Shown here piece by piece: positions 56,293 through 64,000 of a DNA stretch of 64,000 bases. Below the pieces are notes generated by a model, which made no database searches, was not told where the DNA came from, and saw nothing but the letters and a program-made list of their open reading frames with translations. Numbering within the stretch: the stretch's first letter is position 1; each line of letters opens with the position of its first letter. This stretch comes from the human T2T-CHM13v2.0 reference genome, Homo sapiens. Location of the stretch: assembly GCF_009914755.1 (NCBI RefSeq), contig NC_060927.1; one strand, given 5' to 3'. The translations under genes were made by a program, and so were the position numbers.

Positions 56293-56312
56293 TTCTGCTA
56301 GGCTTTTTAAAC

Positions 56313-56578
56313 ATTTATTTAGAGACAGAATCTTACTCTGTCACCCAGGCTAGAGTTCAGTAGTGTCATCATAGTTCACGGCAGCCTCGAACTGCTGAGC
56401 TCAAGTGATCCTTCCACCTCAGCTCCCAAGTGCTAGGACTCCAGGCATGCACACCATGCCTGTCTAATATTTTATTTTCTTAGGGACAAGTTCTTGCTAT
56501 GTTGACAAAGCTGGTTTTGAACTCCTGGTCTAAAGTGTTCCCGAGTTGGGATTACAGGCGTGAGCCACCATGCCCAGC
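56313..56578 (-). mobile_element. AluJ (diverged)
   Basis: Antisense dimer with internal deletions. Confidence 0.88.
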
Positions 56579-57592
56579 TCTCTGCTAAACATTTTGAGAA
56601 GCAGAGAGACCAGGATATCTGGAGTGCAGTGAGTGAAGACAGTGTTAGGAGGTGGGAGAAGGGGATCAGAGAGAAGGCAACATGGCAGATCATGCAGGGA
56701 GAGCCCTGTAGCAAGGTAAAGACTTCGGATTTTTTTTCTGGATGAGCTGGGAAGCATTGTAGGGTTTTAGACAAAGGGGTGTCATGATATGATCTAAATT
56801 TTCTCTGGCTTCTCTGTGGAGAATAATCTATAGGGTGGCAGTGATGGAAGCAGGAGCACAGCTGGGCAGCTATTGCAGCAATCGATGTAAGATAAGGATG
56901 GCTTAGACCCAAGTGGTGGAGGTAGAGATTGGGAGACATGCCAGATTCTGGATGCATTTTGAAGGTGGAGCTATCAGATTTGTGAATGGATTGAATGAGA
57001 GATATGAGTTTACCACAGTAATTATTACTATATAGATGCCATTCATTTATACCACAAAACCAACCGATGTCCTGTCAGGTGCTAGTGCTGTTCCACAGTT
57101 GGGGTTACAGCAGTTGGGTTTTCATGATGTTGAATTCTAGTTAAAGAAGACAAATGATAAATAATTCGAATAATAATTTTAATATGATAATAGTCAGTAG
57201 TTAGTGCTAGAAAGAAAATTTAATCAAGGGGATGTGAATGATGTAAGTGGCTACGTTGGACAGGCAAGGCCTTGGGGAGCTAAGGCCTGAGCCAAGAGGA
57301 CTGAGATGTGAAGTGATGGGGGAAGCAGGGGAATTTGGTGGGGCAGCACTCGAGGCAGACACACATGTAGTGCAAGGATCCTAAGGCTTGGGTAATAGGG
57401 GAAGATATGTCATTGCAGTTTAAACATCGAATGGGGGGACAAAGTGGTTCTGTATTGATAGGGAGGTCAGTATGGACCAGATCACACTGGGCTTGGCAGG
57501 ACAGGGAAGAATTTTAGATTGTCGTGATTCCTTGGCAATAAGAAGTTATTGTAAGGTTTCAAACGGAGAACAATATAACCTAATTTGTCTTT

Positions 57593-57806
57593 GACACAGG
57601 GAGGAGAACAACATACACTGGGGCCTGTGGTAGGGCAGGGGTCGAGGGGGAGGGAGAGCATCAGGAAAAACAGCTAACGCATGCTCAGCTTAATACTCAG
57701 GTGATAGGTTGATAGGTGCAGCAAACCATTATGGCACACGTTTACCTACGTAACAAACCTGCACATCCTGCACATGTATCCCGGAACTTAAAATAAAATA
57801 AAATAA
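57593..57806 (+). mobile_element. L1PA (about PA10-13) 3' UTR fragment
   Basis: acactggggcctg..gagggagagcatcagg..gtaacaaacctgcacatcctgcacatgtatcccggaactt + (AAAAT)n. Confidence 0.9.
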
Positions 57807-58499
57807 CTCACAGTGACTGATGGGCGGATAATGGGTTTTAAGAGGACTTTGACAACGAAACCATTTAGGAAGCTATTGTGTTATGACTAATTCCATATGC
57901 TTTTCTTATCTGAACACAATAAGTTGACATTAGTTTTGTTTTTAAAGTGAAATAAATATTTGCCCCTCCATGCTCCTACCCCTGCTTGTTCGTCAGCATT
58001 CTTAGGGAATGAAATGATCCACAGAAGACTTCCCAAATAGCTGTGGTTTCCCTCTTTAAGGTCTGTGTCTTTAAAAGCACATGGTCCATTTCAGTGAAAG
58101 TTTTTCTGAATATTTAATACATACTTACCATTTAAATGGAAGATAGTAAGTAAAACCTAAACTTTTCCTTTGCCTCATGGCAGTATTGGTGTTGGTTAAA
58201 AATGATAACTTCAGAGACTTCAGATCTCCAGACCCATGAGCTTTACAGATGCTAGCTCTATTCTTTTTCCATTGGCTCCTGACTGTGATGTCCTTGTGCT
58301 TCGCTTCCACAGTCTCCTATCCCCAGGTTTTTAGGACACATTTAATCTTCTTTCTTGATACAGTGCTACTTCTCTTGTTGAGTATTTGATGGACTTGGTG
58401 ACTGTTACATTCTTCCAAGGCCACCTTTTTTTGGCATCTGGTTCAAACTATGTCTGTTTTTGCTAGAAACTGTCACGTGAATAAAGGAAAGAGTAGAAA

Positions 58500-58906
58500 T
58501 TATTGTAGTCATATTGCAGAGCAATTTGAACATTCCACTGAAGTTGAATATGTGCTACCTACAATCTAGCCATGATAATTCTAGATATATGCCCTAGAAA
58601 AGCAGGTGCATATACACAAGAAGACACATTACTGGGATGTTCACCAAGGCATCATTTGTAATAGCAAAATGGTAGAAGCAACCTAACTGTCCATACAAAA
58701 AGGGAATGAATAAATAATCTGTTTATTCATATAATGGAATATTGCATAATAAAGTAACTGAATTAAAGCTGTATGTATCAATAAGAATAACTGCAAAAAT
58801 GTAAAGTGAAAATAAAAAATTTCAAAAGGATATAAAAACGTAATGTAATGCTCTTTATATATATTTTAGAAATACCAAAATAATACGTGTGTATATACAT
58901 ATGCAT

Positions 58907-58945
<39 letters not shown>

Positions 58946-59215
58946 ACTAATGGCTAATACAGTATAAAAACATGGTAATGATACATAAACCTTTCAGAAA
59001 ACTTCAGTGAATAAAAGCAGGTAGAAGAGAGAAAGGAGGACCTAGTTGAATCTGCCCTTTTTAAATGCTATGTTAAAAAATAGATACATATGTTTTTAAC
59101 CAATCTGTACAATGTTCTTACCTATTATGTCTGGCTTTTGATTATGTAGGGTATCAATTTATGATTTTTTCCATATGATAGAAATATTTAATAATTTAAA
59201 ATATCATATAATAAA
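58500..59215 (+). mobile_element. L1ME-like 3' fragment containing (CA)n at about 58908-58943
   Basis: gaagttgaatatgtgc..ctagatatatgccctaga..gatgttcacc..catttgtaatagcaaaa..aagcaacctaactgtcca. Confidence 0.7.
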
Positions 59216-59630
59216 AACGTGTCTTTTATAGTTCTTCCTACAAGCTGTATTTGATCACTTCTGTGGTTTTATGGGTGGCTCATAACATCTAGTCACATCA
59301 TAAAATTCTTTTTTCCTTGTGATTGGCTGAATCATCTTTAGGCGTGATGCTTAATTTAGACGTTTAGGTTAACTCTTCAATAAAATCACAGGAATTTATT
59401 GTAAGATCTAACCAAGGGACTGAAATAAATTGAATGTAGTGAAATTTGAGGCATTGTTTCAGCCACCTTAAAGACCACATGATCTACTGATACAGTTGTT
59501 AAATCAACTCAGATAAACATGTGTGCTCCAAGTTGGAGAAATCTGAGGCAGAGAAAAAGAATTGTCCCAGGTGCCCAAGTCCACTTATATGAACAACTTG
59601 AATTGAACACTGTTAATATTAGGCTCTTTT

Positions 59631-59806
59631 GCCAGGAGTGGTGGCATGCACCTGCAGCCCCAGCTACTCAGGAGGCTGAGGTGGGGGGATCACTAGAGCC
59701 CAGGAATTTGAAGCTGCAGTGAACTATGATTATTCCACTGCACTACAGCCTGGGCAACATAGTGAGACGCTGTCTGTTTAAAAAAGAAAGAAAGAAAGAA
59801 AAGAAA
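59631..59806 (+). mobile_element. Alu monomer (FRAM/FAM-like)
   Basis: Single arm with (GAAA)n tail; flanks taggctctt at 59620-59628 and 59810-59818. Confidence 0.88.
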
Positions 59807-59832
59807 CCCTAGGCTCTTCTTCCCCTCTCCCC

Positions 59833-60102
59833 AGACAAAGTCTGCTGCAGTGATCTCGGCTTACTACAACCTCTGCCTCATGGGTTCTCATGGGTTTAAG
59901 CAATTTTCCTGCCTCAGCTTCCTGAGTAGCTGGTATTACAGGCACGTGCCACCATGCCTGGCTAATTTTTTCTCTTTTTAGTAGACATGGGGTTTCACCG
60001 TGTTGGCCAGGCTGATCTCGAACTCCTGACCTCGTGATCCACCAGCCTCGGCCTGGCCTCCCAGAGTCCTGGAATTACAGGCATGAGCAACTGCACTTTG
60101 CC
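59833..60102 (-). mobile_element. AluS, rearranged (deletion near 3' end, 10-bp duplication)
   Basis: gatctcggcttactacaacctctgcctcatgggttctcatgggtttaagc...gacctcgtgatccacc. Confidence 0.88.
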
Positions 60103-60448
60103 CCTTGGCTCTTTTTAAAAAATGCATTTGTTTGAGAGTAATGAATAGAAAAGGAAGTTGTGGCATGAACTATCTGATTCTTCTTTTCTTCCACTACTGG
60201 GAGATTTCATAGGCCAAATATTCTCTCTAGTCAGGGGCATGCCTGATGATGCTTACAGTCTATAAAGAGTCTGGTCTTGTTCTCCTTTCATCTTCTCTGG
60301 AGAAAGGATAATCAACAACAGAAATTTTTTAAAAACCCTCATACTTTAGACAAGTCACATTCAGCCACTCTGTGGAAACACTGATTTTTCTACGAGGCTT
60401 TCTTAGAGAATAAATATTAACACATATGCTTCATGGGCTGATAGATAT

Positions 60449-60822
60449 TGCTGTGGTTTCAATGTGTCCTCTACAGAATTTGTGTTGAAATGTAATCTGC
60501 ATTGTGGAGATATTAAGCAGTGTGGCCTTTTGGAAAGTTATTAAGTCACGAAGGATGTGCCCTCGTGAATGGATTAGCACCTTAGAAAGGGGCTGGAGGA
60601 AACTAGCTTAGGACCCTTTGCCCTTCTGCCTTCACCATGTGAGGACACGGTATTCAAGGTGCCACCTTGGAAGCAGTGAGTGGGCCCTCACCAGACCTCA
60701 AATTTGCCGGCACCTTTATCCTGGACTTCCCAGCCTCCATAACTGTGAGAAATAAATTCATGTTGTTTATAAATTACCCAGCTTCAGGTATTTTGTTATA
60801 GCAGCAGGAATGGACTAAGAGA
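60449..60822 (+). mobile_element. MST/MLT1A-type MaLR solo LTR
   Basis: tgctgtggttt..ccatgtgaggacac..ggacttcccagcctccataactgtgagaaataaatt..ggactaaga; TSD gatat / gattt. Confidence 0.88.
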
Positions 60823-63422
60823 GATTTAATATGGAATCCCAAACAATGAAACAACTATTTGTACTTCTAAAATATAGGTAGTTCTCAAAAGCATTATGTT
60901 CAGTAGGATAGCTCTCTAACTTATCTCTAAAGTTAATTAAACATTATGGCTGAAAAATGAGTTTTAGTTTCCTCTCTTTGAACTTCTATAAAGAAAATAT
61001 ACCTTTGAGACTTGAAAAGTTCAGTGCTATGAAACGTCTTTCTAGGGTAGTTTGGGTAGCACCAAAGTCACCTATAATTAAAATTACATATTTTCCATTT
61101 TAAAAATTCCATTTTATAATTTTCAAATAAATTTTTTACTATCAATAAAGAGGTATTTTTTGATTTGTGCAACTTTATATGTAGCACTTGGTTTCATTAA
61201 ACAAATGTCATTGATTTCATTAGCATAAAACTTTATTTTCTTCACCTTAATTTTGAATACAATTACCAAATAAAAGTAGCTTTTATCTTTGTCCCTTTGA
61301 GGTTAGAGATGATATCTTCTTGATTTCTCTGTCTCTCCCGAGCACAGTGCCCGCACATGGTAGGTAATTAACTGTCTGTTGACTGGTTAAATTATCTGTA
61401 TTACAAGTAAATACAAAATGCCAGGTTTTACAAAACACTCATTCCATATTGTCTATCACTCCCACTCTATTTTATTTTTCACCATAGTATAAGTTAAGAT
61501 ATTATTAAAATATTATTAAGATCATCTGGGGAAGTTTGCTCACTTCCATTCTTGAAATTATTATAATCTCCTCTTAAGAAAAAACTCAAAATGTGTAAGA
61601 GCATCTCTGATAGCTTGGTTCTTATTTGTATAATGGGATAATTTTATTTCTTCAGTTGCCATCCTGCAAACACTTTTTCTAAGTCTTTAGGAACCTCTGT
61701 TTTTAAATTGCTTTTGCTTCATGTGATAAACTTTAAGCCCGTGGCCTTCTAAAATGATTCAGTCAGTCAGTTCTGACATCTCTTCATCTCTTCTTGGTAG
61801 CACCCTCGCCATTTCTGCAACGATTTCCACTGAGTCGCATTTCAGCCTGTGTAGAAACTCATGATGACGTGTTGTTTTATAATACTTTACACTTTGTGTA
61901 TTTTGCCATTATGGGGGTGGGTTAATGTGTTATAAATGTACAAATGCTTGTTATCACAGTAAATTCTAGGTAGAGAACAGACCATGGAAATGTTGTTTTA
62001 ATTTGTGTTAGTTTGAGAAAATTAATAGGTATCTCATATGACTTATACCAGAAAATTTAAAAACTATAAACATACAGCCAAGCAAGAAGGCAGTCATTAT
62101 GAGTATTTTCAGAGTGTATTGTCTGAGAATACGGTGGCGTTTTCCATTGCTAAAAAGAAATGCACAGTTTTCCACTAGTAACTTGGGAGAAATATTTTTT
62201 CAGGTATACAATGCAGGGAGTTACTTGACCTAAAATGGGTACTTAAATTTCATTGATTGTTTAAAGATAAGTAAATAATTTTCCCTTTTTTGCCAGAGTT
62301 GTTTTCATGTAACGATACGATACATCTTATAACAATACTTCCATTATAACATGCTTTATATGTATTATCTCATTTGATTCAGGTGATGACTATTTTCAAT
62401 AGATATTGTTGCTGTCTCCATTTTACAGATGTTATAGGCAAAGTTAAAGGTGTGTAGGCAAGTTACATTGATTCAAAGTGATGGACTTCAAACTCTTTGC
62501 CTCTATTTTGTTGGAACATTCATTAAATCATATAGCACCTGCTATGAGTGGAGACTTTCAACTCATAAAGACCAGAACATTTAGGGGACAAAAGTACTCA
62601 CAGCACCTGGAACCAAAAAAAAAAAAAAAGAAAGAAAGAAAGAAACAAAAACAAAAAACCTGTTAAAAATTTCTTCATCACAGACAAGACTCTTTCAAGG
62701 GTACTGATAGCCATGGGACAGAGGGAAGGACAGGTAAAGTTGATGGGCCAAGGAGAGTAACATCACCTTCCTCAGCCTAAGCTGCAGGATTATAGGAAAA
62801 GCTAAGTAGCCTCTGGGTGATAGTACCTGCTTGGGAGAGCCGTTGTGTGAATTCACTTTGTAAGGTCCAAAAATAAATGTGACTTAGATACGTTCACACC
62901 ATTCCTCTCTTTCCCTTTTTTCCTGGGTTACCTGCTGTCCACCTAGCTTTGACTATTGCCAATACCCAATGCATGGATGGAATACAGTGAGAAGGAACCT
63001 GCAAGTGTCAATGGAGGCAGAGGCAGAGAACAAGGATGAGAACAACAAATTTTAAAGAAGCTGTCTTGAACATTTGGGGAATAGAGGTTGGTGAGGAGAC
63101 TAGCCAAGATGTTTTGTCTCTCTGTTGTATAACAGAGTGCCCTGTGGCATCTCTTATACAGGTGGCTATACAGTTTTTAATCACTTTTTTAAATGTTGGA
63201 TGAGTATTTCTTTTGATTGCAATAAACTTATGGTGAGACACACTACTAGGTGGCCCAGTTTTATTCAGGATATGTAGGAGATGGAGCTTTATAAAGCTGC
63301 ATTCATGAAGATTCTTACAAAATATTCTCAGGTGGTAACATTTTAATGGGTAAAAATAACACATGCTTTCAAAGAAAAATCTATTATTCAACTTAATATA
63401 ACCAGTTTTATATATACATATA

Positions 63423-63424
<2 letters not shown>

Positions 63425-63461
<37 letters not shown>
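63425..63461. repeat. (CA)n microsatellite
   Basis: Direct read. Confidence 0.95.
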
Positions 63462-63462
<1 letters not shown>

Positions 63463-63468
63463 CAGACA

Positions 63469-63788
63469 GAGATACTTTTTGACTTACAATAGGGTTACAT
63501 CCCGATAAACCCATCATAAGTTAAAAATATAGTAAGTCAAAAATTACATTTAATACAGCTAACGAAACCAAATGTCGCAGCTTAGCCCAGCCTAACTTAA
63601 ACATAATGAGATCACTTACCTAGCCTACATTGGTCAAAATCATCTAACATAAAGCCTATTTTATAATAAAGTGCTGAATACCTCATGTAGTTTATTGAAT
63701 ACTGTACAGAAACTTAAAAACAAAATGGTTGTATGGGTATTTGAAGTACAATTTTTACTGAATGTGTATTGTTTTGGGGGACCGTGTG
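63469..63788. mobile_element. Tigger4b-like (TcMar) DNA transposon fossil
   Basis: gacttacaatagggttacatcccgataaacccatcataagtt..gcttagcccagccta..gcctattttataataaagtg..ggggaccgtgtg. Confidence 0.85.
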
Positions 63789-64000
63789 TATATGTGTGTG
63801 TGCGTGTGAATTGGAACACACACAGTTGCTTTTGCAGCAGTTTTGAAGTCAAGATACAACATATACTAATATTGGTTTCACAAGGTAAAGGCCATTATTA
63901 TCCCTATGAGAATTCAGTGAGGAAGATACTGCTTTTAGCTGGGTAGAATGAGGTAGATAAAATATATTTTGATTATTTGAATTAGGAGTTTCATGTGATG

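Larger units (their letters stand above)
55640..57590. mobile_element. Degraded L2 region hosting nested L1MB and AluJ
   Basis: ttcatttattcaacaaata...; ggatatctggagtgcagtgag..gcagatcatgcagg..gattctggatgcattttgaaggtggagc. Confidence 0.7.

Overview
Primate (human or great-ape) genomic DNA, AT-rich and repeat-dense, lying inside the very long introns of the neural cell-adhesion gene CNTN4 (contactin-4) on the + strand. The only host coding sequence I can support is one 143-nt exon (23051-23193). It carries 88 nt of 5' UTR, the ATG and the complete signal peptide MRLPWELLVLQSFILCLA. The supplied ORF track misses it; the long ORFs in that track are LINE-1 ORF2 remnants, Alu read-throughs or chance ORFs. 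The rest is about 19 Alu/Alu-monomer copies, several L1 fragments, solo MaLR/ERVL LTRs, DNA-transposon fossils, MIR/L2 and microsatellites. The best structural finding is an L1 insertion at 51287-54023 that can be reconstructed from sequence alone: a 5'-inverted (twin-primed) L1PA carrying a 176-bp 3' transduction with its own AATAAA and second poly(A), bounded by a perfect 17-bp target-site duplication. Other observations are a second twin-primed L1, two hairpins not explained by any repeat I recognise, two target sites used twice by retroelements, inverted Alus bracketing the ATG exon and several AG|GT recursive-splice-like sites. I see no evidence for a new gene system. Repeat subfamily names are by-eye recognition, and boundaries of old repeats are approximate.
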